The position numbers were made by a program, and so were the translations under genes. A stretch of 64,000 bases of DNA, taken from contig JADJWG010000004.1 of assembly GCA_016716475.1 (NCBI GenBank), positions 852,725 through 916,724 on the forward strand, given 5' to 3'. Source of the stretch: Phycisphaerales bacterium (GTDB lineage Bacteria; Planctomycetota; Phycisphaerae; UBA1845; Fen-1342). The notes under the pieces are model-generated. The model did not search any database. It worked only from the letters and a program-made list of their open reading frames with translations, and was not told the DNA's origin. Shown here one piece after another: positions 1 to 9,723 of this stretch (position 1 is the first letter of the stretch; every line of letters starts with the position of its first letter).

Positions 1-2837
1 GCCAGTCCGACCAGTACGACGAAGCCAATCTGCGTAAAGATGTTGATGTCCAGGCCGGCCAGCGCCACGCCCGTGACCGAGGACAGGATGCACATCGGTA
101 CCACGAGTATCACCGCCAACGGCATGGTCCAGCTCTCGTATTGCCCGGCGAGGATCAGGAATACGAACACCACGGCGCCCGCGAATGCCAGCAGCGCGGT
201 GCTGCCCGCCAGGATCTGCAACAGCGTGATCTCCGTCCACTCGAAGGTCAGGCCCGCCGGCAAGGTACTGTGGGCGATCTGTTCCATCCGCAGGATTGCA
301 GCCCCCGTGCTGACACCGGGCGCTGGGGCGCCCTGGATTGCGGCGGAAGGATACATGTTGTAGCGGTTGATCAGCAGGGGGCCGGTGGTGTCCCGCACTG
401 AGGCGAGCGTGCCCAGTGGCACCATTGCGCCCGCCGCATTCCGCACCCGCAGGCGGCGCACATCCTCTGCCGTGTGGCGAAAACCGGCGTCGGCCTGCAT
501 CTTGACCTGCCAGGTGCGGCCGAATTCGTTGAAGTCATTGACGTACAGACTGCCCAGGTTGGCCTGCAAAGTGTTGAATACGTCGCTCAGCGGCACGCCC
601 AGACGTTTGGCCTTCGTGCGATCGATATCGACGTAGAGTTGTGGCGTGTTGGCTCGGAACGGGGAGAACAGCCCGACGAGATCGGAATTGCTGTTGCCCT
701 GCGCGGCCAGGTTCGCCGCCTGTTCCTGCAAGGCGGTCAGGCCCAGATTCGCACGGTCCTGTACCATCAGCTTGAAACCGCCGGCATTGCCGAGGCCGTC
801 AACCGGTGGTGCCCCGAAGACCGCGACTTGCGCTTCCTGGATCTCGCGGAAGTAGCGCAGTCGCAACTGTGCGGCGATCGCGTCCGCGCCGCGTTCCGGA
901 CCCTGCCGGTGGTGGAAGTCGTCCAGGACGATGAACATGGATGCCATGTTCGGGCCGTTCGCACCGAGCAGAAAGGACTGTCCCGTGATAGCGAGTGTGT
1001 GGGCGACGCCGGGGGTAGCCCGCGCGATGGCCTCCAGCCGGGGTATGAGTTCCTCGGTCCGTCGAGCCGCGGCGGAGTCCGGCAACTGGACGTTCACCAG
1101 CAGGTAACCCTTATCCTGCGTTGGAATGAAGCCGCCCGGCACCCGGTTGAAGCTCCAGATCGTGAGATACCCAAGCCCCACATACAGCAGCAGTACGACC
1201 ACACTCAGCCGCAGCAGGCGCCCGACGATGGCCGTGTACACCGCGGTCGAGAACCCGAAACCGGTGTTGAAAATTCGAAAGAACCAGCCCAGCAGCAGAT
1301 CGAGCAGGGTGGTCAGCGGATCGCGCCTGGTCCCGTGGGCGCGCAGCAGCAGCGCACCGAGCGCCGGGCTCAGCGTCAGGGAGTTGATCGCGGAGAAGAT
1401 GGTCGAGACGGCGATGGTGACAGCGAACTGTCGGAAGAACTCGCCGGTGATGCCCGGGATGAACGCACACGGGATGAAGACTGCAACGAGTACGAGCGAG
1501 ATCGCGATGATCGGCCCCGACACTTCGGCCATGGCGTCGTGTGCGGCCTGCCGCGCACTCTTGCCCCGCTCGAGGTGCTGTTCGATCGCTTCGACCACGA
1601 CGATGGCATCATCAACCACGATGCCGATCGCGAGGACCAACCCGAACAGTGAGATGTTGTTGAGACTGTAGCCGATGCCCGCCATCACCGCGAAGGTGCC
1701 GATGATCGCCACCGGCACCGCGACCAGCGGGATCAGCGTGGCGCGCCAGTTTTGCAGGAAAACGAGGACCACCAGGCCCACGAGGATGACCGCGTCCCTC
1801 AGGGCCTTGAACACTTCGCCGATGGATTCAGCGATGAAAGGCGTCGTGTCATACACGATCGCGTAGTCCAGATCCTCCGGGAAGCCCTGTTTCAGCTCCT
1901 CCATTTTCGCGCGGATGCGCGCGGACGTCTCAAGCGCATTGGAACCGGGCATCTGAAAGATCGCGATACCGGTCGACGGCCGGCCATCGAGCCGGCAGGT
2001 CTGATCCTGGCTCTTGGCACCGCGCTCGATCCGGGCCACATCTCGCAGTCGGACGGTCTCCTGGCGGGCCCCCACCTTGAGGATGATTTCGCCGAACTGC
2101 TCCGCATCCGCGAGCCGCCCCAGGGTCCGCAGGACATACTGGAACTCCTGATCCGGCGGTGCGGGCGGCTGGCCGATCTGGCCGGCCGCCACCTGGATGT
2201 TCTGTTCGCGCACCGCGTTAACCACGTCCACGGTGGTCAGTCCGCGGGCCGCCAACCGTTCAGGATCCAGCCAGATCCGCATGCTGTAGTCCTGTTGACC
2301 GAACAGGACCACATCACCAACGCCCTCGATACGGGCGAGCTCATCCCGGATCTGGATCGTGGCGTAGTTGCTGAGGTAGAGCTGGTCGTACCGCCCCTCC
2401 GGTGAGATCAGGTTCACGACCAGCATGATGCTGGGTGACCGCTTTCGCGTAGTGACGCCGGCCTGCTTGACCAGGTCCGGCAAGCTCGGCAGGGCCTGGG
2501 CTACCCGGTTCTGGACCAGCACCTGCGCCATATCCAGGTTGGTGCCCAGCGCAAAGGTCACATTCAGCGTGTAGTTGCCGTCGTTCGCACACTGCGACGA
2601 CATGTAGAGCATGTTCTCGACGCCATTCACCTGCTGTTCGATGGGCGCCGCGATGGTTTCGGCCACTACCTCGGCGCTGGCCCCGGGGTAGCTGCACGCG
2701 ACACTCACGGTCGGCGGCGTAATCTCCGGATACTGCGTCACCGGTAGCGTAAAGACCGCCGCCAGGCCCATCAGTGTGATGAGGATGGATGGAACCGATG
2801 CGAAGATCGGGCGATCGATGAAGAAGCGCGACAACAC
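1..2837 (-). CDS. RND efflux transporter permease (HAE1/AcrB-like), C-terminus truncated by the left window edge
   Basis: The reverse-strand translation is open across the whole interval. N-terminus reads ...FIDRPIFASVPSILITLMGLAAVFTLPVTQYPEITPPTV.. and there are internal AcrB-like blocks such as AIIGTFAVMAGIGYSLNNISLFGLVLAIGI. Probable GTG start near 2837, just downstream of the MFP stop. Not in the ORF track because it is partial. Confidence 0.88.
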   Translation of the reverse strand, partial: MLSRFFIDRPIFASVPSILITLMGLAAVFTLPVTQYPEITPPTVSVACSYPGASAEVVAETIAAPIEQQVNGVENMLYMSSQCANDGNYTLNVTFALGTNLDMAQVLVQNRVAQALPSLPDLVKQAGVTTRKRSPSIMLVVNLISPEGRYDQLYLSNYATIQIRDELARIEGVGDVVLFGQQDYSMRIWLDPERLAARGLTTVDVVNAVREQNIQVAAGQIGQPPAPPDQEFQYVLRTLGRLADAEQFGEIILKVGARQETVRLRDVARIERGAKSQDQTCRLDGRPSTGIAIFQMPGSNALETSARIRAKMEELKQGFPEDLDYAIVYDTTPFIAESIGEVFKALRDAVILVGLVVLVFLQNWRATLIPLVAVPVAIIGTFAVMAGIGYSLNNISLFGLVLAIGIVVDDAIVVVEAIEQHLERGKSARQAAHDAMAEVSGPIIAISLVLVAVFIPCAFIPGITGEFFRQFAVTIAVSTIFSAINSLTLSPALGALLLRAHGTRRDPLTTLLDLLLGWFFRIFNTGFGFSTAVYTAIVGRLLRLSVVVLLLYVGLGYLTIWSFNRVPGGFIPTQDKGYLLVNVQLPDSAAARRTEELIPRLEAIARATPGVAHTLAITGQSFLLGANGPNMASMFIVLDDFHHRQGPERGADAIAAQLRLRYFREIQEAQVAVFGAPPVDGLGNAGGFKLMVQDRANLGLTALQEQAANLAAQGNSNSDLVGLFSPFRANTPQLYVDIDRTKAKRLGVPLSDVFNTLQANLGSLYVNDFNEFGRTWQVKMQADAGFRHTAEDVRRLRVRNAAGAMVPLGTLASVRDTTGPLLINRYNMYPSAAIQGAPAPGVSTGAAILRMEQIAHSTLPAGLTFEWTEITLLQILAGSTALLAFAGAVVFVFLILAGQYESWTMPLAVILVVPMCILSSVTGVALAGLDINIFTQIGFVVLVGL

Positions 2838-2853
2838 GGCCGTACTCCTGGAC

Positions 2854-4110
2854 TCAGGACGCGGAGGGCGCCGTGGCGGGGACGGGCGAAGTGGGTGCCG
2901 CAGCAGGGTCAGCCGGCATCGGTCCGTGAATCGGCTGCACCGTTACGCCCGGCCGCACGCGCTGCAGCCCGTTGACGATCACCTGCTCGTCCGGGCGGAG
3001 CCCAGCCCGGATCACGCGCAGTCCATCCCGCAGGGAGCCGACCTCCACCGGGCGATACTCCACGATGTTCTGCGCATTCACAACCAGGGCAAAGCGCTGC
3101 CCCTGATCGAAACCCAGGGCCCGTTCCGCGACGAGCAAGGCATCGAACGGCGCACTCGCCGGCACCTGCACCCGGACAAACAGGCCGGCCATCAGGACCC
3201 CATCCATATTGTCGAAGCGGCCGCGTACCTGCACGGTCCCCGTGCCCGGATCGAGGGCCGGGGCGCTGTAATCCAGTACGCCCGTGTGGGGGTAGCCGGT
3301 GTCCGTCATGACACCGAGATGCACGGGCCATTGCAGCGCGCGGATCTCGGGTTGCGGGCCCTCAGCAGGGCTGGTGAGGCGACCGGTGCGCGCGGCTTCG
3401 CGGAGCCGCAGCACATCGATCTCACTCGCATCGAAATACGCGTAAATCACGTCGTCGTTAACGATCGTGGCGAGCACGGTGGCGTCCGCGGTGACCAGAT
3501 TGCCGGGGTCGAGCAGGTTGCGGCTGATGCGCCCCGTGATCGGCGCCTCAACCCGGCACCAATTCAGCCGCAGCTCGGCCTCCGCCAGCGCGGCCTCCGC
3601 TCCCGCGATTTGCGCCTGGAGCGCCGCGGAGCGAGTGCGGGCGGTTGTAAGCTCGTCCGAGCTCGTGACGCCACGCTCGAACAACTCCTCAACCTTCGCG
3701 CGGTCGCTTTCCGCTTTCGCAAACTCGGCATTCAGTGCGGCCACGCTGGCCGCCGCCTTGTCGCGCTCGGCTGCGAAGGGCCGCGCGTCAATCTCGAAGA
3801 GCACCTGGCCGGCCGCGACCCGGTCACGCGGCTCGAACCGCACGGCTTCCAGAAAACCGGACACCCGCGCCCGGACCTCCACCATGGCCGCAGGGGCGGT
3901 CGTGCCCGTGAACTCGAGCGTCTCCGTCATCGTCTGCACCAGCGGGTGACTGACAGTCACCTCGACCGGTGGTCTTGCCGCGGGTGGTGCTGCCGGACGT
4001 TCGCAGCTTGCCAGCAAGAGGGGCAGGGAGAAGAACACGGCCGGTAGCGTACGGCCAAGGCATCGCCGGCCGTGGGCGTATGCACTGCGCAAGATCCTGA
4101 GCATCCACAT
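2854..4110 (-). CDS. RND efflux membrane fusion protein (AcrA/HlyD family), lipoprotein
   Basis: 418-aa ORF. N-terminal signal with lipobox LLLASC. Coiled-coil hairpin followed by beta-barrel region typical of periplasmic adaptor subunits. Lies immediately upstream of the pump on the same strand. Confidence 0.85.
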   Translation of the reverse strand: MWMLRILRSAYAHGRRCLGRTLPAVFFSLPLLLASCERPAAPPAARPPVEVTVSHPLVQTMTETLEFTGTTAPAAMVEVRARVSGFLEAVRFEPRDRVAAGQVLFEIDARPFAAERDKAAASVAALNAEFAKAESDRAKVEELFERGVTSSDELTTARTRSAALQAQIAGAEAALAEAELRLNWCRVEAPITGRISRNLLDPGNLVTADATVLATIVNDDVIYAYFDASEIDVLRLREAARTGRLTSPAEGPQPEIRALQWPVHLGVMTDTGYPHTGVLDYSAPALDPGTGTVQVRGRFDNMDGVLMAGLFVRVQVPASAPFDALLVAERALGFDQGQRFALVVNAQNIVEYRPVEVGSLRDGLRVIRAGLRPDEQVIVNGLQRVRPGVTVQPIHGPMPADPAAAPTSPVPATAPSAS

Positions 4111-4263
4111 CAGCGGGGCCTCACCAATTCTGCGCCGCGGGTAGGTCCATGTGACTCGTTCAGCAGGAGACGGATCTCCCGGTGACCCCCCGTGCGGTTG
4201 CGTATGGTACCAGCGCCGGACCGCTTGGACAGGGGACAGGACCGCTCATACCGCCCGCGTTCA

Positions 4264-4869
4264 TCAGAGTCCCCGCAGGGCCGTGTCCAATGGCAGGCGA
4301 AGTGCGCCGCAGATGCGCGCCAGCCCCCAGGCGGTCGTCCCGCTCCGACCGTTTTCGATTTGTGAGAGCTGGGCGGCAGTGAGGTCAGCGGCGCCGGCTA
4401 CATCGGCGAGGGTGCGTTGCGTCTCGCTGCGTAGCAGCCGCAACCGCGCGCCGAGGCGCTGGTTGAACTCCTCCTCGGTGCGGATGTGCAAGCCGTCTTC
4501 GGCGAGGGCGCGCTCCACGGCGGCGAGCAGGGCGGGCTGTTGAACCGGCTTTTCCAGCACATCACGGGCGCCCGCCCGCACCGCGGTGATGACCTCTGCG
4601 GTTTCGGGGAAGCCGCAGAGTGCGATGATCCGCACGCCCGGCGCGCGGATCCGCAGTTGCGCGATCACCTCGGCCCCCGCGAGTCCCGGCAGTCGCAGAT
4701 CCACGAATGCGAGGTGGGGCGGCGCCTGTGCCACGTGGGCGAGTGCCGCCGCCGGCTCGGTGAACGTTACAGCGTCGCAGGCGGCGATGCGCAGCCATTC
4801 ACCCAGCCGCCGCCCGACGGCTTCCTCGTCGTCCAGCACCAATGCGCGCAGGGGCAGCAAGCGTGTCAT
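4264..4869 (-). CDS. Orphan response regulator: CheY-like receiver fused to XRE-type (Cro/C1) HTH
   Basis: N-terminal LVLDDEE...VDLRLPG...IIALCGFPE receiver motifs with phospho-acceptor Asp. C-terminal QRTLADVAG...LSQIENG is an XRE helix-turn-helix. No kinase gene adjacent. Confidence 0.75.
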   Translation of the reverse strand: MTRLLPLRALVLDDEEAVGRRLGEWLRIAACDAVTFTEPAAALAHVAQAPPHLAFVDLRLPGLAGAEVIAQLRIRAPGVRIIALCGFPETAEVITAVRAGARDVLEKPVQQPALLAAVERALAEDGLHIRTEEEFNQRLGARLRLLRSETQRTLADVAGAADLTAAQLSQIENGRSGTTAWGLARICGALRLPLDTALRGL

Positions 4870-5140
4870 GGTGCCATTCTCCGGTCTGCCGGGTCACAAG
4901 CCAAGGGGCCGGGCGGACCGGGCTCTTGCAGCGTGAGTTCCGCTGCGGTTTGAATGTGCGAAGTTGTCAAGGGTTGTCGGTGGTGACGGGCCTGCGCTGG
5001 ACAACTGGAAAATGCGCGGCCAGAGTGCGATAGTGTGCAAGGTAATGCGGTCGGCGGGGTGTATGTGCAGAGCGGTCGCTGAGCCGATTCGCCGGCGCCC
5101 TCCGGGGCTTGGTTCGGTGCAGCGCGGAGGTTGGCAGGAC

Positions 5141-6262
5141 ATGAGAGTTATCCATCGTGGGATCGTGGCGCTGACGTTGCTCAGCGCAGGCGGAGGTGTT
5201 GCGTGGAGCCAGGAGCGCGCCTCGGAGGTCCCCGCGGCGGGCTTCTGGCCGACACCGCGCATGATCGATTTCGGCATCAACCGCATGACGGAGGAGATGG
5301 CCAAGGTCTACGACCTGACCGAAGACCAGGTCTGGCTGACGCGCGAAGTGATCAAGTCCAAATTTCCGGCTTGGATGCAGGCCAACCGGGCTGAGATGCA
5401 GACCCTGATGAATGATTACTTCGAGGGCCTCATTGCGGACGAGCCGCCGACGCCTGATCAGGTCGCCGCCTGGTCGCAGCGCGTCATCCCGCTCTTCGAA
5501 GAATTCAATGTCCTGATGGAGGAGTCGGCGGAAGAGTTCAAGACGTTCATGACGGATGACCAAGTGGTAATCCTGAACGGACAGATGGCCGCGGTGCGGG
5601 TTGGCATGAACATGGCCCAGCAGCGCATGGAGATCTGGGCGGATGGCGGCTATGACCCCGATACGGAGTGGGTCCGCAGCCCGCAGTTCCGCGAGACGGA
5701 ACGGGAACGCCGCCGCGAACTGGAGCGTGAGCAGCGCGTCGCACAACTCGTCGAAGAGGGCCTGCCCGAGTCCGAAGCGCGTGCGCAGGTCTATGCCGGC
5801 GCGGCGCCGGGCGCGGGACCCACACCGGAGGACCGGAACGTGCGGCCGGCCACGCCCGGCGGGGCAAAGGATGAATGGGACAAGTATGTCGAGGATTTCA
5901 TCCAGCGGTACGAGCTGGACCAGGCCCAGGCGAATCGTGCACTGAGTTTTCTCGAGGACGCCAAGCGCTCACGCGACTCGTATCTACGCATCAAGGCCGG
6001 CGATATCCAGCGTCTGCAGGAACGATTGAGCGCGGCGGACTCACCCGAGGCGAAGGAGCGCATCGGCAAAGACCTCGAGAAGGTCCGCGAGCCGATTGAC
6101 GGTTATTTCGCGCGCTTCAAGGACCGGCTGGAACGCTTGCCGACACGCGCGCAACGTGCGAAAGCCGAAGAGCGCGAGAAGTCACGCGAGACCGGTGGTG
6201 AGGCCCCTGCGGGCGAGCGTGCCGCTGGAAGTGCAAGGCGCACCGAGCAGAGCCAGCGCTGA
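5141..6262 (+). CDS. Secreted LTXXQ-motif protein (CpxP/Spy-like periplasmic family), charged coiled-coil C-terminus
   Basis: Start chosen at MRVIHRGIVALTLLSAGGGVAWSQ (signal peptide; GGAGG 10 nt upstream). Three LTXXQ-like motifs: LTEDQ, MTDDQ, ELDQAQ. Rest is E/R/K-rich. Confidence 0.55.
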   Translation: MRVIHRGIVALTLLSAGGGVAWSQERASEVPAAGFWPTPRMIDFGINRMTEEMAKVYDLTEDQVWLTREVIKSKFPAWMQANRAEMQTLMNDYFEGLIADEPPTPDQVAAWSQRVIPLFEEFNVLMEESAEEFKTFMTDDQVVILNGQMAAVRVGMNMAQQRMEIWADGGYDPDTEWVRSPQFRETERERRRELEREQRVAQLVEEGLPESEARAQVYAGAAPGAGPTPEDRNVRPATPGGAKDEWDKYVEDFIQRYELDQAQANRALSFLEDAKRSRDSYLRIKAGDIQRLQERLSAADSPEAKERIGKDLEKVREPIDGYFARFKDRLERLPTRAQRAKAEEREKSRETGGEAPAGERAAGSARRTEQSQR

Positions 6263-6549
6263 TACCTGTGGAAACACAGGAGTGTGATTGTCACGGGTCG
6301 ACGCACTGGCAACGGCCGGGACCAGAAATCATGCCGTCCGGCTGCGATCGCGATCGCCCAGCGCGGGAAAAAGGAGAGGGCCCGAGCTCGCCGTCGCTCG
6401 GACCCTCCAAGCCGGGCTGCCCGCACGGAGTGGGCGGGGACCCTCAGCCCTGTCCGGGTCATCGACTGCCCCCCCGGACTGCGTGAATAAGGCACGTACC
6501 GGTTTCGGGTACTGACGGCCGCGTCCGGTAACGCGTGGACACGAGTTTG

Positions 6550-6579
6550 TTGACATACACGGCCACCGGGGCCTAAAAA
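6550..6579 (+). promoter_or_regulatory. Putative sigma70-like promoter (TTGACA-N18-TAAAAA) upstream of the GT2 gene; overlaps the AAAAAGCTTTTT palindrome
   Basis: TTGACA at 6550-6555, 18-nt spacer, TAAAAA at 6574-6579. Perfect 12-bp palindrome at 6575-6587. AT-rich patch in a GC-rich intergenic region. Confidence 0.25.
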
Positions 6580-6665
6580 AGCTTTTTCGTTCGTGGTGCG
6601 CGTCGTGTCGCCGTTCGGCTCCTTTCCCGCACCGTCTTGGGGGGAGCCATGTCTGAGGCGCTTCC

Positions 6666-8220
6666 TTGGAAACTCTTGTCGCCATCCTATGTGTCGTATT
6701 CTTCGCGCTGCTGGTAGCCGTACCTAGTCTGTACGGCTTCCACATGTACCTGCTTCTGTACCTGGCCCATCGGCGCCGTGCGTCGGTACGGGCTGAACAG
6801 CAGGCCTGCATTGCGCACTACCAGCAGTCCGTGCCGGATGAACAGTGGCCGCTGGTCACGACCCAGATCCCCCTCTACAACGAAATCAACGTTGCCCGCC
6901 GCATCATCGAGGCGGCCGCCAGGATGGACTACCCCCATGGTCGGCATGAAGTGCAGGTGCTCGACGACAGCACCGACGGCACGCGCCAGGTTGTGGATCA
7001 CGTCGTTGCCGAGTTGCAGTCGCATGGTTACCACGTCGTTGTCGTTCGTCGCCCGCAGCGCACGGACTACAAGGCCGGAGCGCTCGCCCATGGGTTGCTG
7101 ACCGCGCGTGGGGAGTTCGTAGCAGTCTTCGATGCGGATTTCGTACCCGATCGTGGTTTCCTGCGTCGGATGGTGCCGTTGTTGGTTTCGGACCCGCGGG
7201 CGTGTGCGGTCCAGGGTCGCTGGGGCCACCTCAACGCGCAGGAGACCTGGATTACCTCCGGCCTCGCACTGAGTCTGGACAACCTCTTCGCCATTGAGCA
7301 GGGCGCCCGCGGTTGGAACGGGCTGCTCATGGGCTTCAATGGCACGGGAGGCATGTGGCGTCGTGCCGCGATTGATGACCCCGCCGTCGGTGGTTGGAGC
7401 GGCGACACCATCACGGAAGACCTCGATTTGTCGTACCGCGCGCAACTTGCAGGTTGGCGCATGATTTATTGTGCGGATGAGGTTTCTCCGGCTGAATTGC
7501 CCGCCGATGCCGATGCGGTCAAGAGTCAGCAGCGGCGCTGGGCCGTGGGGACGATCCAGACCGCCCGCAAGCTGTTGCCGGCGGTGTGGCGTTCGCAACT
7601 CCCGCTCGCCGCCAAGGTCGAGGGGACACTGCACCTCCTCCAGTACGGCATCTACCTGCCGATGTTGTGCGTGGCACTACTGGGGCGGTTGCTGCCGCTG
7701 CTGCCGATGATGCTGTTTGACGAGCCCTGGCCGATTTGGCTGAACTCGGTAGGTTTGGTTTTCCTCGGTGCGGCGCTTGGCACCCGTGATTGTCCACATC
7801 TATGCCCGTCGGGCCCTGGGTGGGCGCACACCCGGCTTTGCGGAGATCGTCAAGTTGCTCCTGCTGGGGCTGGGGCTGACCGTCAACAATGCCGTGGCAG
7901 TCGCGACTGGTCTCGTGCAGCGCGGAGGGGAGTTTGTCCGCACGCCGAAGTCCGGCAGCCAGGGGCACAGCCGACCGCGCGGGCGCTACCGGGGCCTGCA
8001 GAGCAAGCTGTGGATTCTCGAGCTCTTGGTCGGCACCTTCTGCTTTGCACAGTGGTGCGTGTTCGTCGACTTCGACGGCCCCGGCAGCATCTTCCTGCTT
8101 CTGTATGCCACGGGGCTCCTGCTGATGGGCTGGCAGTCACGGCCACGTTCCATTCGTGGAAAACCGAAGCGGATACCTGCGACGGCGCCACTCCAGCCGG
8201 GCGGACTCGCCACGGGGTAG
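6666..8220 (+). CDS. Family 2 glycosyltransferase (CslA / beta-glycan synthase-like), interrupted by an apparent 1-nt frameshift near 7781-7790
   Basis: Frame 1 (6666..) carries a GT2 core with DDSTD, DADF, and QQRRWA (QxxRW) motifs. GT2-like sequence stops at ...LGAALGT and becomes featureless. Frame 2 (7768..8220) reads PVIVHIYARRALGGRTPGFAEIVKLL...EFVRTPKSG, a typical GT2 C-terminus. TTG start at 6666; first in-frame ATG is at 6741. Confidence 0.7.
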
Positions 8221-8278
8221 GGTTCCGCCGCCTTCCGGTGGATCCCCGGTACCGGGCAGTACCCGCGCAGTCAGGTGA

Positions 8279-8346
8279 AAAAAACTCCCCGGATGGCCCA
8301 CTTCCTTGTGGCCACCCGGGGGTCTCACCTCTCCTGGTATTTTCGA
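8279..8346. terminator. Bidirectional intrinsic terminator-like hairpin between convergent genes
   Basis: A-tract (aaaaaaa), then ccccggatggcccac-ttcctt-gtggccacccgggg (about 13-bp stem with one mismatch/bulge), then a T-rich tract. Lies between the GT2 stop (8220) and the minus-strand gene stop (8360). Confidence 0.5.
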
Positions 8347-8359
8347 AATGGTCGCCAGC

Positions 8360-9424
8360 TTACAGCCCCGTCATCAGGGCACCGAAGAGCGTCACATCAG
8401 CACCCGTCAAGAAGTCGTCTTCATCCAGGTCGAAGCGGTAGCAGCCGCCGGTGGTGAGGTCTGCGCTCGCGCAAACCTGGAATGCGGCCGCGTCGATCAT
8501 GTCGCGCTTGCCGTTGTAGTCGATATCGCCCCACGGCGTGCCAACACCCGGCGGGAACACATCGATCTCGCGGATGATGGGAGCTTCGATTGCCTTGCGG
8601 AGCCCGTCCACGTCCTCGGGATCCATGTCGCACGAAAGATAGGCGGCATCGGTCTCGTTCGCCGCGCCGTTCCACGGGTCGCGGAAGGCACCCTGGGTAT
8701 TGCTGACGCAATAGAAGACGATCCGCAGATCGGTGCAGCCCTGAACGAGGTACTTGCTATCAAAGTTGTGTAGTTCGGTCAGACTGCCCGCCCACAGCCC
8801 GGTGTTGAAGAGCTGGCCGAATTCGCCCGTCCGCACGCTGGCCGCCACCAAGGTGTAGGTGCCAAGGTCGCCGAGACCATCGGTCGAAGCCCATACGTCA
8901 TAGTGCTGAAACACCCGACCGTCGAGATTGAGGAAGTTACCACCGAGCACACGCAGGTACCCGATGTTGGTCGGAGTCGTGAACCCGAAGCGCACGACCA
9001 GGGAGGCCCGTGCGAAGTCCCGCAGAATGCCGTCGAGCGGTCCATTCGCCAAACCGTCCACGAACACGCCCGGGTGGCCGCCGGCAAACGACGGGCAGCA
9101 GTAGAAGCCGTCGCTCGCCTGGCCGATACCCGGAAACTGATCGTAAAGGCACGGCGCAGAACCTTGATTCATCAGCATCGAGTACACTTCGTTGGTGGCG
9201 TCGATGATGCCGAAGTTGAACGGGTAGGCGCTTTCGTTCAGGATCTGGTTTGAAAGGATGCCCGATTCGGTGGTCGTCGCGAAGCCCTGCACGAGATCGG
9301 TGCTGCTCGGTGGATGCGACAATTGGGCAAAGGTGGGTGCGAGTTCCCATTTGAAGTAAGGGTTGACGTCGGCTTGTGCCGCGCCCACCACCAGCGGTAA
9401 ACAAAGCAGCGCCAGTCGCTTCAT
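8360..9424 (-). CDS. Secreted protein: uncharacterised 'DGRVFQxYDVW...RDPWxG...EIDVF' module plus C-terminal dockerin-like Ca-binding repeat
   Basis: Signal peptide MKRLALLCLPLVVGAAQA. Module shared with 9724..10497 and 21667..23865. C-terminus DIDYNGKRDMIDAAAF...DLDEDDFLTGADVTLF is dockerin-type. Confidence 0.7.
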   Translation of the reverse strand: MKRLALLCLPLVVGAAQADVNPYFKWELAPTFAQLSHPPSSTDLVQGFATTTESGILSNQILNESAYPFNFGIIDATNEVYSMLMNQGSAPCLYDQFPGIGQASDGFYCCPSFAGGHPGVFVDGLANGPLDGILRDFARASLVVRFGFTTPTNIGYLRVLGGNFLNLDGRVFQHYDVWASTDGLGDLGTYTLVAASVRTGEFGQLFNTGLWAGSLTELHNFDSKYLVQGCTDLRIVFYCVSNTQGAFRDPWNGAANETDAAYLSCDMDPEDVDGLRKAIEAPIIREIDVFPPGVGTPWGDIDYNGKRDMIDAAAFQVCASADLTTGGCYRFDLDEDDFLTGADVTLFGALMTGL

Positions 9425-9723
9425 GTGGGTTTCGCTCCTGTTCTCCAAAGTTGCGGGATTTGATCGTGGCTGCCGTCCCCCGCCGCATCGCGGCGAACGT
9501 ACCACGGCTGGTTTCAGTATACTTCGCGCGGTGCGCTGACTGCAAGTCGGAGTATCCTCCGATGCTCACCCTACAATGTCCGAATAATTGACGGATGGCA
9601 CATCAGATTCACCTGCCGATTTAGCGAAACGCTGGTATTACCGCCCGGGCCCCCGTTATACTTGTGCTTGACGGTTACGGGATTTCACGTCTGCTCACCA
9701 TCTTTACGCCTTGGAGGAGAAGA

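Noticed and set aside
4111-4263. GGAGAtccgTCTCC inverted repeat as XRE operator
   Set aside because: Only a 5-6 bp stem, common by chance at this GC content. Noted but not called.
6666-8441. Track ORF extending the GT2 to 591 aa
   Set aside because: After about residue 372 the translation loses all GT2 similarity, while the genuine C-terminus is in the +1 frame (7768..8220). The tail is a frameshift artefact.
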